Shown: positions 31,703-41,364 of the stretch, in pieces
How positions within the stretch are numbered: position 1 is the stretch's first letter
How the letters are laid out: every line of letters starts with the position of its first letter
Assembly (NCBI GenBank): GCA_965279375.1
Contig: OZ257156.1
Coordinates: forward strand, 3,712,001-3,776,000
Reading direction: 5' to 3'
From: Gemmatimonas sp.
GTDB taxonomy: Bacteria > Gemmatimonadota > Gemmatimonadetes > Gemmatimonadales > Gemmatimonadaceae
DNA length: 64,000 nucleotides
Program-made: the position numbers and the translations under genes
Notes under the pieces: generated by a model
What the model saw: only the letters and a program-made list of their open reading frames with translations
Told to the model about the DNA's origin: nothing
Database searches by the model: none

Positions 31703-32998
31703 ATGGTTCGCGTCACACGTGTGCATCCCGGGAGCATCGCCGATGAAATCGGCATTGTCCCCGACACCGAACTCCTCGCCGTGAATGGACGGCCGTTGGA
31801 GGACTTCCTTGATTGGGAGTTCTTGACGGCTGACGAGGCGTTCGTGGTGGCCGCAAAGCTGCCCGATGGCACGGCGATGGAATACGACATCGAGCGCGTC
31901 GATGGCGAACCAATGGGCGTCGAGCTGGCACCGCCGACGATTCGCCGCTGCGCGAACCGCTGCGAATTCTGCTTCATCGAAGGTCTCCCCAAGGGGCTGC
32001 GGAAGCCGCTCTACATTCGGGACGACGATTATCGCCTTTCGTTCGCGTACGGCAACTTCGCCACGCTGTCGAACGTGAAGGAGAAGGACATCGCGCGCAT
32101 CCTCGAGTACCGCCTGTCACCGTTGTACGTCTCGGTCCATGCGACGCCGTGGGAAGCGCGGAAGGTGCTGCTAAACAACCCGCGCGTCCCCAACATCGTC
32201 GAGCAGCTCACGCGGCTCGCCGAGGGCGGCATTCAGTTTCACGCGCAGATGGTCATCGTGCCGGGACTAAACGACGGCGCGGTCCTGGAAGAGTCGCTGT
32301 CCGACCTGTACAATCTGGGCGACGCGGTGATGTCCGTGGCGCTGGTTCCGGTGGGCGTGACCCAGTTCTCGCATCTGTACAACGGCAAGTCGATGGATCG
32401 CGAGAACGCGCAGATCCTGCTCGACGCCGTGGAGCGCTGGGAAGCACGGGCGCTCGCCGAGCGAGACGATCGCTGGGTCTTCGGCTCCGACGAGTTGTAT
32501 CTGCTGGCGGAGCGCGAGCTGCCGAACGTGGAGCACTACGGCGAGTTCTCGCAGATCGAGAACGGTGTCGGCGCCGTGACGTCGCTGCGGATGCGCATCA
32601 AGGACGGGCTGTCGCAGCTGCCGCGCCTCGACGGGCGCCGTATCGGCGTCGTGACGGGCACGTCCATGGCGGCGCTGATGCCGGAACTGCTGGACCAACT
32701 GCACGAGGCGACGGGTGCGACCTTTGTGCTGATTCCGATGGAAAACACCCTGTTTGGCCCGACCACCACGACCGCCGGCCTGTTGGTTGGCGCCGATATT
32801 CGGCGCGCACTGGCCGATCGCAGCGATTTGGACATGGCACTGATCCCCGCCGAGTGCATCAACGACGACGGTCTCTTTCTTGATGAAGAGTCGTTCGTTG
32901 CCGTGCGCGAAGCGATGCCGATGCCGGTCTATCCTTCGTATGACTTCATAGACGCGCTGGTCCCGGAAGGTGACGCGGCGATGACCCCTGCCGCATGA
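31703..32998 (+). CDS. DUF512 putative Fe-S/radical-SAM-like protein with N-terminal PDZ-like domain
   Basis: PGSIADEIGI, CANRCEFCF, DDDYRLSF, QIENGVG. Confidence 0.85.
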   Translation: MVRVTRVHPGSIADEIGIVPDTELLAVNGRPLEDFLDWEFLTADEAFVVAAKLPDGTAMEYDIERVDGEPMGVELAPPTIRRCANRCEFCFIEGLPKGLRKPLYIRDDDYRLSFAYGNFATLSNVKEKDIARILEYRLSPLYVSVHATPWEARKVLLNNPRVPNIVEQLTRLAEGGIQFHAQMVIVPGLNDGAVLEESLSDLYNLGDAVMSVALVPVGVTQFSHLYNGKSMDRENAQILLDAVERWEARALAERDDRWVFGSDELYLLAERELPNVEHYGEFSQIENGVGAVTSLRMRIKDGLSQLPRLDGRRIGVVTGTSMAALMPELLDQLHEATGATFVLIPMENTLFGPTTTTAGLLVGADIRRALADRSDLDMALIPAECINDDGLFLDEESFVAVREAMPMPVYPSYDFIDALVPEGDAAMTPAA

Positions 32999-34314
32999 GC
33001 CTCCCAGTCGTAGCAATCGTCGGCCGCCCCAATGTGGGCAAGTCGCAACTGTTCAACCGCATCATGGGCGACACCACCGCCATCGTATCGGAGGAGGCGG
33101 GTACCACGCGTGATCGTCACTTCGGTCAGGCCGAGTGGGCCGGTCGTCATTTCTGGCTCGTGGATACCGGTGGTCTCGTGGAAGACTCCAACGAGCCCAT
33201 GGACAACGAGATCCGCAAGCAGGTCATGCAGGCGATCGAAGAAGCCGACATGCTGCTGCTCGTGGTGGACTCCAAGGTCGGCGTCCATCCAAGTGACGCG
33301 CGGCTCGTGGACATCCTGCGTCAGGCGCGCAAGCCGTGGATGATCGTCGCAAACAAGGTCGACCTCCCGGAGAGCACCGACTGGTACGAGTTCTATCGAC
33401 TGGGCGCGGGCGACGTGTTCCCGCTCTCCGCGCAGAACGGCAAGGGCTCTGGCGACGTGCTGGATGCCGTGGTCGAGCGCATTCCGGAAATGCCGGAGCA
33501 GGAAGATGAAGCGGTGCGCATCGCCGTGATCGGGCGACCGAACGTGGGCAAGTCGTCGTTCGTGAATCGGTTGCTTGGTGAAGAGCGCTTGGTCGTGAAC
33601 GACGAAGCCGGCACCACGCGCGACTCGATCGACGCGCCGATGCGCTACAAGGAGCGCGATCTCATCTTCGTGGACACCGCCGGTTTGCGTCGACAGTCCA
33701 AGATCGATGATGGCATCGAGTTCTATGCCGCACTGCGCACGCGTCGCGCGATCGACTCGGCGGACGTCTGCATCCTCATGATCGACGCGACCGAGGGGCT
33801 CCAGAATCAGGACCTCAAGATCGCGACGATGGCCTGGGAAGCCGGACGCGGGCTGATCATCGTCATGAACAAGTGGGACCTGTACGACGAGAAGGACGGC
33901 AAGAGCGCGGCGAAGCTGACGAAGGAGATGACGGAAAAGGCGCCGTATCTCAACAACGTTCCGTTTCTCTTCTCCTCGGCCAAGACCGGTCAGCGCGTCA
34001 CCAAGGTGCTCGATCTGGCGCTCTCGGTGCAGGAGCAGCGCACGCGTCGCATCTCCACGTCGCAGGTCAACGACGGACTGCAGGAGCTGCTGGCGCGGTT
34101 GCAGCCGCCGCAGGCTGCGGGCCGCGAAGTGAAGCTCAATTACGCCACGCAGGTGGAGGTCGAGCCGCCGACGTTCGCGATCTTCGGCAATCATCCGGAG
34201 CTCATCCCGGAGAACTACATCCGCTACCTGCACAACGGCTTCCGCGACAAGTGGGGCTTCCTCGGCTCTCCTGTGCGCATCCTGATGCGCCGCAAGAACG
34301 AGCGCGAAGAGTGA
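32995..34314 (+). CDS. der: Ribosome biogenesis GTPase Der
   Basis: Two GRPNVGKS G-domains with TTRD, DTGG/DTAG, NKVD/NKWD. Confidence 0.97.
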   Translation: MSLPVVAIVGRPNVGKSQLFNRIMGDTTAIVSEEAGTTRDRHFGQAEWAGRHFWLVDTGGLVEDSNEPMDNEIRKQVMQAIEEADMLLLVVDSKVGVHPSDARLVDILRQARKPWMIVANKVDLPESTDWYEFYRLGAGDVFPLSAQNGKGSGDVLDAVVERIPEMPEQEDEAVRIAVIGRPNVGKSSFVNRLLGEERLVVNDEAGTTRDSIDAPMRYKERDLIFVDTAGLRRQSKIDDGIEFYAALRTRRAIDSADVCILMIDATEGLQNQDLKIATMAWEAGRGLIIVMNKWDLYDEKDGKSAAKLTKEMTEKAPYLNNVPFLFSSAKTGQRVTKVLDLALSVQEQRTRRISTSQVNDGLQELLARLQPPQAAGREVKLNYATQVEVEPPTFAIFGNHPELIPENYIRYLHNGFRDKWGFLGSPVRILMRRKNEREE

Positions 34315-34925
34315 TTGCAGTCGCTGTGATCGCGGCGTACTTGTTCGGCTCCATTCCTACGGCCTATCTCGTGGGCCGTGCGAATGGAGTGGACCTGCGC
34401 ACCGTTGGATCCGGCAACCTTGGCGCGACCAACGTGTTCCGCACGTTGGGGTGGAAGTGGGGACTGTTCGTGTACGTCAGCGACATGCTCAAAGGCGTGC
34501 TGCCGGTGCTGCTGCTGCCCGGCTTCGCCAAGGTCGCGGCGGGATGGCCGTGGGGCGTTGCGTTCGGTGTCGCCGCGATCGTAGGCCACGTGCGCCCGAT
34601 CTTCCTGATGGGCAAGGGCGGCGGCAAAGGCGTGGCGACTGCCAGTGGTGTCTTCCTCGCGCTCGCACCGGTGCCGGCGCTCTGTGCGCTCGCGGCCTTC
34701 ATCATCGTTGTCGCACTGTGGCGCTACGTGTCGCTCGGCTCCCTCGTGGGCGCTGTCGTGCTGCCGCTGGTGCTGGGCTTTCAGGAGCGCGCGTTGACGC
34801 CGCTGGTGCTGGTGAGCGCGACTGTCGCTGCCTTCGTGTTCTGGACGCACCGGGAGAACATCGGTCGGTTGCGTCGTGGTGAAGAGCGGCGTGTCGGACG
34901 TTCACGTGGAGAGCAGCAGGCATGA
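34311..34925 (+). CDS. plsY: Glycerol-3-phosphate acyltransferase PlsY
   Basis: GSGNLGATN, GGKGVAT, HRENIGRL. Confidence 0.95.
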   Translation: MIAVAVIAAYLFGSIPTAYLVGRANGVDLRTVGSGNLGATNVFRTLGWKWGLFVYVSDMLKGVLPVLLLPGFAKVAAGWPWGVAFGVAAIVGHVRPIFLMGKGGGKGVATASGVFLALAPVPALCALAAFIIVVALWRYVSLGSLVGAVVLPLVLGFQERALTPLVLVSATVAAFVFWTHRENIGRLRRGEERRVGRSRGEQQA

Positions 34926-35959
34926 GCGCTGTGGAGACATCAGTGCCGACCGTCGACGCTGGCGTGATTCGGTGTGCGGTCGTTGGCGGTGGCGCGTGGG
35001 GCACCGCCATAGCTGACCGACTGGTGCGCAACGGCCACGATGTGGTGCTCTGGGCGCGTGAGGAGGACGTGGTCGAGGCAGTCAATGCGCGACACGAGAA
35101 TCCACGCTTCCTTCCCGGCGCTTCGCTGGCGACCGCGTTGCGCGCGAGCAGTGACATGGCGCAGGCACTGAACGGCGCGCAGCTCGTCATCTACGCGGCG
35201 CCGTCGCACGTGCTGCGGCTCGTCGTGGCAGCCGGTGCTGCAGCGATTGCGACCGACGCGGTTCTCGCCGTGGCCACCAAGGGCATCGAGCGCGAAACCT
35301 TGGCGCTGATGACCGATGTCGTCGCGTCAGCGGCACCCGGGCATCCCGTGGTGGCCGTGAGTGGACCAAGCTTTGCCGCCGAAGTCGCTGCCGGTCAACC
35401 GACGGCGGTGGTGGCTGCGTGTAGCGATCACGCGGCCGCAAAGCTGGTCCAGCGTGCGATGAGCGCAGCGGCGTTCCGCGTTTACACCAGCGATGACGTC
35501 GTCGGCGTTGAACTCGGCGGCGCACTCAAGAACGTGATGGCCGTGGCGACTGGTATCCTCGATGGTTTGGGGCTTGGCTACAATCCGCGCGCCGCGTTGA
35601 TGACGCGTGGCCTGGCCGAGATGACGCGACTTGGTCTGGCATTGGGCGCGCGCGGTGAAACGTTTGCTGGACTCGCCGGACTCGGCGATCTCGTGCTGAC
35701 ATGCACCGGTGCGCTGTCGCGCAATCGCGCCGTAGGTGTGGCGATCGGGCAGGGACAGACGCTCGATGAAGCGCTGGCCGGAAAGGACAGCGTCGCCGAG
35801 GGCGTACTGAATGCGCAGAGCGCGAAGGCGCTCGCCGACCGGCTCGGCGTTGAGATGCCGATCATCGACGCAACGCATCGCATTCTGTTTGCGGGACAGC
35901 CGCCCAAGGAAGCCATCGCCGAGCTGATGGCGCGTGAACTCCGAGCCGAGCGAGACTGA
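34922..35959 (+). CDS. gpsA: NAD(P)H-dependent glycerol-3-phosphate dehydrogenase
   Basis: GGGAWGTA, SGPSFA, GGALKNV, GLGDLVLTC, SRN. Confidence 0.96.
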   Translation: MSAVETSVPTVDAGVIRCAVVGGGAWGTAIADRLVRNGHDVVLWAREEDVVEAVNARHENPRFLPGASLATALRASSDMAQALNGAQLVIYAAPSHVLRLVVAAGAAAIATDAVLAVATKGIERETLALMTDVVASAAPGHPVVAVSGPSFAAEVAAGQPTAVVAACSDHAAAKLVQRAMSAAAFRVYTSDDVVGVELGGALKNVMAVATGILDGLGLGYNPRAALMTRGLAEMTRLGLALGARGETFAGLAGLGDLVLTCTGALSRNRAVGVAIGQGQTLDEALAGKDSVAEGVLNAQSAKALADRLGVEMPIIDATHRILFAGQPPKEAIAELMARELRAERD

Positions 35960-35966
35960 ACAGCGC

Positions 35967-36347
35967 ATGATACGCGGCGAGCCTGTCCAGGAGTTCTACT
36001 CGATCGGTGAGGTGTGTGCGCTGACCGATCTCAAGCCACACGTACTGCGGTACTGGGAGAGCCAGTTCAAGCTGCTCAATCCCGCCAAGAATCGCAGCGG
36101 CAATCGCGTGTACGCACGGCGCGAGGTCGAGCTGATCTTGCTGGTGAAGCATCTGCTGTACACCGAGAAGTACACCATCGATGGCGCACGCCAGAAGCTC
36201 GACGAACACCGGAAAGGCGGCAGTCTGCGCACCGAAGCGCGCGTTGCCCTCGAATTGCAGTCGATCGAGTCGTTGGAGCGCGACCTGTCCGAGCTCGTAG
36301 CCTTGCTCGATCAGCGACTGCCCAACACCGCGCGATCGTCGCCGTAA
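35967..36347 (+). CDS. Short MerR-family HTH regulator
   Basis: YSIGEV, HVLRYWESQF, SGNRVY, YTIDGARQKL. Confidence 0.9.
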   Translation: MIRGEPVQEFYSIGEVCALTDLKPHVLRYWESQFKLLNPAKNRSGNRVYARREVELILLVKHLLYTEKYTIDGARQKLDEHRKGGSLRTEARVALELQSIESLERDLSELVALLDQRLPNTARSSP

Positions 36348-36364
36348 CCCGCCTCATCTCCGCT

Positions 36365-37123
36365 ATGCGCATCCTGCTGAGCAATGACGACGGAATTCTT
36401 GCCAAGGGACTCGGCGTGCTGGAGCGCGCCGCGGAATCGCTTGGCGAGTTGTACGTGGTGGCCCCCGATCGCGAACAGAGCGCGACGAGCCATTCGCTGA
36501 CCCTGCATCATCCGCTGCGGCCCGTGCGACTCGGTGAGCGGCGCTGGCAGATCGATGGTACGCCGACCGACTGCGTGATGATCGCGTGCGAAGAACTGCT
36601 CGAGCATCGCCCCGACTTCGTGCTGAGCGGCATCAATCACGGTCCGAACATGGGCGAGGACGTGCTGTATTCCGGCACCGTGGCAGCGGCGATGGAAGGT
36701 CTCGCCCTTGGCATTCCGTCGATCGCGGTGTCGTTCGCGGGAAGCGTGCAGCGTGCGGACGCGCTGCTCGATACGCAGGTGGAGCTGCTGCGGACCATTC
36801 TCGCGCGCCTCACGTCGCTCACAAAGTTTCCGGCGGATACGCTACTCAACGTCAACCTGCCGAACATCGCGTCGGATCAGGTGAAGGGCATCAAACTGAC
36901 GCGGCTCGGCCGGCGTGTGTTCAGCGATTCGATTGCCAAGATGAAGGATCCGTGGGGGCGAGAGATTCTCTGGATCGGCGGTGGGTCTGTTGAATGGAGT
37001 GGTCCGCCTGACTCCGATTTCCGCGCGGTTCACGACGGCTACGTGTCGGTGACGCCGCTTCACCTCGATCTGACGCATCGCGCGGTGCTCGATGCAGCGG
37101 CGGATTGGTGGCAGGAACCCTAG
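36365..37123 (+). CDS. surE: 5'/3'-nucleotidase SurE
   Basis: LSNDDG, GTPTDCV, SGINHGPN, YSGTVAAA. Confidence 0.96.
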   Translation: MRILLSNDDGILAKGLGVLERAAESLGELYVVAPDREQSATSHSLTLHHPLRPVRLGERRWQIDGTPTDCVMIACEELLEHRPDFVLSGINHGPNMGEDVLYSGTVAAAMEGLALGIPSIAVSFAGSVQRADALLDTQVELLRTILARLTSLTKFPADTLLNVNLPNIASDQVKGIKLTRLGRRVFSDSIAKMKDPWGREILWIGGGSVEWSGPPDSDFRAVHDGYVSVTPLHLDLTHRAVLDAAADWWQEP

Positions 37124-37764
37124 AGCCGGAGTTCCGCGGCGCGCGTCGGCGCCTGGTGGAGATGTTGCAGGAGAAGGGGATCAAGGATCTCGCGCTGCTG
37201 CGCGCGATCGATCAAGTCCCCCGACATCTCTTCGTTCCGCCGACCGTGCGTCATCGTGCGTATACGGATTCATCGATACCGATTGGCAACGGCCAAACGA
37301 TCTCGCAGCCGTACGTGCACGCGCGCTCGGTGGAGCAGCTGGCGTTGACCGGAAACGAGCGCGTGCTCGAGATCGGCACGGGCTCTGCGTATCAGACCGC
37401 GTTGCTCGCACAGTTGGCGTCGCAGGTGTTTTCGGTCGAACGGTTTGCCGCGTTGCTCGATCGCGCGCGCACAGTGTTGGCGCAGGCCAACGTGCGTAAC
37501 GTTTCGCTCTCTCTCGGTGACGGTACGCTCGGGTGGCGCGAGTATGCGCCCTATGACGCGATCGTCGTCAGCGCAGGCGCGCCACACGTTCCACCCGCGT
37601 TGGAATCGCAGCTCGCCGAAGGTGGACGCCTGCTGATTCCGCTTGGCGACAAGACGGACCAGATGTTGACGTTGTGCGTGAAAGAAGGTGGTCGGCTGGT
37701 GATGCGTGACATCGTACCCGTCCGCTTCGTCCCCTTGATTGGGGCCGGTGGCTGGCCGGCCTGA
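37105..37764 (+). CDS. pcm: Protein-L-isoaspartate O-methyltransferase
   Basis: GQTISQP, LEIGTGS, APYDAI, VRFVPL. Confidence 0.95.
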   Translation: MVAGTLEPEFRGARRRLVEMLQEKGIKDLALLRAIDQVPRHLFVPPTVRHRAYTDSSIPIGNGQTISQPYVHARSVEQLALTGNERVLEIGTGSAYQTALLAQLASQVFSVERFAALLDRARTVLAQANVRNVSLSLGDGTLGWREYAPYDAIVVSAGAPHVPPALESQLAEGGRLLIPLGDKTDQMLTLCVKEGGRLVMRDIVPVRFVPLIGAGGWPA

Positions 37765-37827
37765 TGTCATCTGGACGTTGATCGCGTCCAGACGTCTGGC
37801 AGCGCACTTTCGCTTTCACGAGCGTAC

Positions 37828-38961
37828 ATGACCACGACCTCGCACACCTCCGGCAACTCCGCTCACGCGCGCACGATGAACTCGGGCCCGTATGCGGGAC
37901 CGCATCGTCGTCCTAGCGACGACGCTCGCGCGGTCGAAGCCGCGATCGCTCGCGCCGGGAGTGCCGCGCTGGGGCCGTATCTGCCGGCTGCTGCAGGCTC
38001 GGCGCTCGAACGCGCGGGGCTCGCGCTCGCGACGACCTCCGCGTCGATCGCTGTGGCCGCTGCAGGTGTGGCGTTCCTGCAGGATACCTCCGCGATCGAC
38101 AGCGACGATCTGTCGCAGGCGCTGCCGTTCGCGAGCGAGCACAAAGCGTCACTGGAGTCCGTGGATGACTCGTTCGGCGTGGTTGCGGACAGTGCTCTCC
38201 CGCCCGTCGCGGCGACGGCGGAGTTGCCGTGGATCACCACGTTTCTCGATGACGTGACACCAGTCTCGACCGCGAATTCATCAGAGGCGACGCTCGCGCC
38301 CAGCGACTGGTTCGATGCCGAGGCCTCTATCGAGCAGTTGGTCGCTGCGGAGAATGTCTCCTCCGAATTCATCGCCGTCGAGAAGCCCGCTGCGGAATTC
38401 GAGTTGGTCCAGCAGGAGTTCGCGAACTCGGAGTTCGCGACCGACGAACTCCCGAGCGAGGAGCTCGCGCCGTTTGCGTCGGCTTTCGGTGTGTCCGAGT
38501 CGAACGACGAGATTGAGGCCGAGTTGCACGGCGCGTGGGATGCTGACGGCGTGGGTGCGGAGATGCGCGCGATCGCGGATGCGCTGAGCGCGCACATCGC
38601 ACCGGCGCTTGTCGATGCAACCGAGCCGGCATGGCTTGGTGAGGCCGGCGATGCGGTCACAGAGGTGGCGGAGTCTGAGCCGTTGGCGATGTGGGCGGAC
38701 GACGACTTTCCCGCGACGACGGCCACCAGCGTACTTGACGTCACCGTCGAAGCGGAATCGCTCGCGATTGCGGCGGCGGCCCTGGAGTCGGCGGAGCAGC
38801 TCGCGTTGGCGCAGGAATCGGCCGCAGCGGCGCTCGAGTCGTTGGCGCAGCGCGTGCGCAGCGGCGATCTGGAGATCCTCGGCTTTCGTGCGGACCAAGG
38901 GGATGCGGCGGCGGTTGCGGCGGCGCTTGCCGCTCTGCTTGGCGCACCGCGTCGCGGCTAG
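37828..38961 (+). CDS. Hypothetical very acidic, Ala-rich protein
   Basis: 377-aa ORF filling the gap between pcm and acyP in operon orientation. Confidence 0.6.
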   Translation: MTTTSHTSGNSAHARTMNSGPYAGPHRRPSDDARAVEAAIARAGSAALGPYLPAAAGSALERAGLALATTSASIAVAAAGVAFLQDTSAIDSDDLSQALPFASEHKASLESVDDSFGVVADSALPPVAATAELPWITTFLDDVTPVSTANSSEATLAPSDWFDAEASIEQLVAAENVSSEFIAVEKPAAEFELVQQEFANSEFATDELPSEELAPFASAFGVSESNDEIEAELHGAWDADGVGAEMRAIADALSAHIAPALVDATEPAWLGEAGDAVTEVAESEPLAMWADDDFPATTATSVLDVTVEAESLAIAAAALESAEQLALAQESAAAALESLAQRVRSGDLEILGFRADQGDAAAVAAALAALLGAPRRG

Positions 38962-38966
38962 CATCG

Positions 38967-39266
38967 ATGGACTCCGTGCGGGCTCCGGAGGGGCGTCGGT
39001 TCGTCGTGGTGGGTCGGGTGCAGGGCGTTGGCTTTCGCTGGTTCGTCTGCGAGCAGGCGCGCGCACAGGGCTGCGCAGGGTTCGTGTGCAATCAGCCGGA
39101 CGGCACGGTGCTGGGCGAGGCGGCGGGTCCGTCGGATCGCCTGACTCGTCTCGAGCAGTTGCTCAAGGTGGGACCGTCCGGGGCCCGCGTGACTCACGTG
39201 ATGGCTTCGCCAATTCCGTTCGACTCGGCGCATCCGATGCCGTTTCCATTCGAGCTTCGTAGCTGA
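38967..39266 (+). CDS. acyP: Acylphosphatase
   Basis: GRVQGVGFR, NQPDGTV, GPSGARV. Confidence 0.93.
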   Translation: MDSVRAPEGRRFVVVGRVQGVGFRWFVCEQARAQGCAGFVCNQPDGTVLGEAAGPSDRLTRLEQLLKVGPSGARVTHVMASPIPFDSAHPMPFPFELRS

Positions 39267-39313
39267 TCGCACGGGGAGATCGACGGGCGAAGACGAGTGC
39301 CATAGTTTGCGGC

Positions 39314-39856
39314 ATGACCGACGATTCGAGGGACCTGCTTGCCGCGCGTGTACGTGCGGCGATCACCGATGTGCCTGACTTTCCGAAGCCGGGGATTCTG
39401 TTCCGCGACATCACTCCGCTGTTGGCGAATCCGCGTCTGTTGTCCGAGACACTGGCTGCGATGGCGAGTCCATTCACCTCGACCGGCGTGACGCATGTGG
39501 TGGGCATCGAGAGCCGAGGATTCTTGTTTGGCGTCTCGATCGCTCAGTCACTGGACGTTGCATTCGTTCCCGTCCGCAAACCGGGAAAGCTGCCGCGCGC
39601 GGTGTACGAGGAGCGATTTGCGCTGGAGTATGGAACGGATTCGCTCTCCATTCATTGCGATGCGTTGCCGCAGGGCGCACGCGTGCTCGTGGTGGACGAT
39701 GTCTTGGCGACGGGTGGAACGGCGCGGGCCGCGATTCGTCTCGTGGAGATGAGCGGGGCAGGGGTAGTCGGCGTGTCCGTGCTGAGCGAACTGACGTTTC
39801 TTGGTGGACGGGCGGCGCTCACTGGCTACGACGTGGCCACCGTGGTGCAGTACTGA
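39314..39856 (+). CDS. apt: Adenine phosphoribosyltransferase
   Basis: PDFPKPGILFRDI, ESRGF, RKPGKLP, VDDVLATGGT. Confidence 0.96.
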   Translation: MTDDSRDLLAARVRAAITDVPDFPKPGILFRDITPLLANPRLLSETLAAMASPFTSTGVTHVVGIESRGFLFGVSIAQSLDVAFVPVRKPGKLPRAVYEERFALEYGTDSLSIHCDALPQGARVLVVDDVLATGGTARAAIRLVEMSGAGVVGVSVLSELTFLGGRAALTGYDVATVVQY

Positions 39857-39946
39857 TTGGGTTGCGGATCTCGGTGATGACCGTTGCGCAGGTGTCAGTC
39901 GCGAACGGCTGGCGCCGTCGGAACGACCATGCGAACTTGACTGCGC

Positions 39947-40020
39947 GCCCCCGTAGCTCAGTTGGATAGAGCAGCAGTTTCCTAAACTGTTGGTCGCCGG
40001 TTCGACTCCGGCCGGGGGTA
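39947..40020 (+). tRNA. tRNA-Arg (anticodon CCT), CCA not encoded
   Basis: Acceptor GCCCCCG/CGGGGGT, D arm GCTC/GAGC, anticodon loop TTCCTAA, T arm GCCGG-TTCGACT-CCGGC. Confidence 0.96.
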
Positions 40021-40061
40021 CTGGTAAGACGAACGGATTTTCAGAGCGGAACAGAGCGATG

Positions 40062-40093
40062 TGAGGCGGGCGTCAGCTAAGACGCCCGCCTCA
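40062..40093. terminator. Strong hairpin between convergent tRNA and small ORF (probable terminator)
   Basis: TGAGGCGGGCGTC-AGCTAA-GACGCCCGCCTCA perfect 13-bp stem followed by GTTCGTTT. Confidence 0.75.
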
Positions 40094-40144
40094 GTTCGTT
40101 TCTCAACTACGATCGTGCGATGCGACCATGCGGTGCGGCGCCGT

Positions 40145-40453
40145 CTAGCGAACGGATCGGATGTCGCCTGGCTCCTGGCGTTTGCGCAGCAAGCGCGAAG
40201 AAAGGGCCATGAGGAGACCGATAACCAGAACGGCGCCACCGCCATTGACATACGCACGTGCGGCGGCGGGCGCCGTGCTGGCCGGAAAGAGCAGCGGCTG
40301 GAGTGCGAGCACGGCGGAGCCGATGTAGACCATCATCCATCCTGCCGATCCAGTCGTGAACTCACGATGTCGCACGCTGACAATGCACTCGCGGGCTACG
40401 CCGAGGGCGCAGCCAATGAGGATGAGGTACCAGATGGAGCTGCTGAGAGTCAC
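40145..40453 (-). CDS. Small membrane protein (about 102 aa, three hydrophobic segments)
   Basis: GTG start with GAGG upstream; three hydrophobic stretches and a basic tail. Confidence 0.55.
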   Translation of the reverse strand: MTLSSSIWYLILIGCALGVARECIVSVRHREFTTGSAGWMMVYIGSAVLALQPLLFPASTAPAAARAYVNGGGAVLVIGLLMALSSRLLRKRQEPGDIRSVR

Positions 40454-40533
40454 GATGGCCTCGGTGGTTGAAGAGAAACGTCGTGTTGGTTCTGGGGGGT
40501 GATGCGCCTGCGGGCCTGCATATGTGGAGTCCG

Positions 40534-41364
40534 CTACTCGTCGCGCTCGCCGTTCAGGCAACGCCCCCAGGCGTTGAGATTGTTGACGAGCCCGAGCGTT
40601 GCGATGGCGAACGCGAGCGGATTGTTCATGATGCCGGCAACGGTCATGCTGGCGAGGCTGAGCAGGACGCGCCGAAACTCGGTGTCGCACGCCGCTTCCT
40701 CTTCGTCGAGGAACTCGATGGAGCCGCTTGGCGCGACGGGACCGCTCATGGCCTGCGCCGATTTCGGGAGCAGCGCCCCAACGAGGACGTTGGTCAGCCC
40801 GTTCAGCGAGAACAGTCGACTGGCCTGCGACGCATCGAGGCGTCCGCGCTCGAGGACTCTGCCTTCGCCGTCGTACTTGGTCGTTGCGACCGATGCGAGC
40901 TGCCAGTTCCCGTTGCGAGGGACGTACTCCACGTCAACGATCGTGACGGCCTTTCCGTCGTGCGTGAGCGTGATGCGGGAGGACGGCGAGCCAATCGTCT
41001 TCGGACGAATCTCGACATAGTCGAAGCCGTCGCGGGCAGCGGCGTTTCGCGTGCGCAGCAGGTGAGTGCGTCGGCCGAGCCCCCGCGCGGCATGCTCCGA
41101 GAGGGTCAGCGCCGAGGCGGGTGCCGCTCCCACGATGTCGCCGGCGCGCAGGAGTTTGAGACTGTCTGTCGCGCCGGTTTTCGAGGCCTGGAGACCGAAC
41201 TGCACGCCGGACGCGGAGGCGTCAGGTCCGCCGGTCCATACCGTGGCGGTGCCTTCGTACGGGGTGGAGGTGATCGGACCAGTGGAGTCGGCGCAGGCCG
41301 TCGCGGAGATCGCGCCAGCGCAGAGCGCGAGTGCGCTCAGGAGGTTGTGCTTGGAGAGTGACAT
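40534..41364 (-). CDS. Hypothetical lipoprotein with hydrophobic Cys-flanked C-terminal region
   Basis: MSLSKHNLLSALALCAGAISATAC lipoprotein-type signal; AGGACGGGA upstream. Confidence 0.65.
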   Translation of the reverse strand: MSLSKHNLLSALALCAGAISATACADSTGPITSTPYEGTATVWTGGPDASASGVQFGLQASKTGATDSLKLLRAGDIVGAAPASALTLSEHAARGLGRRTHLLRTRNAAARDGFDYVEIRPKTIGSPSSRITLTHDGKAVTIVDVEYVPRNGNWQLASVATTKYDGEGRVLERGRLDASQASRLFSLNGLTNVLVGALLPKSAQAMSGPVAPSGSIEFLDEEEAACDTEFRRVLLSLASMTVAGIMNNPLAFAIATLGLVNNLNAWGRCLNGERDE

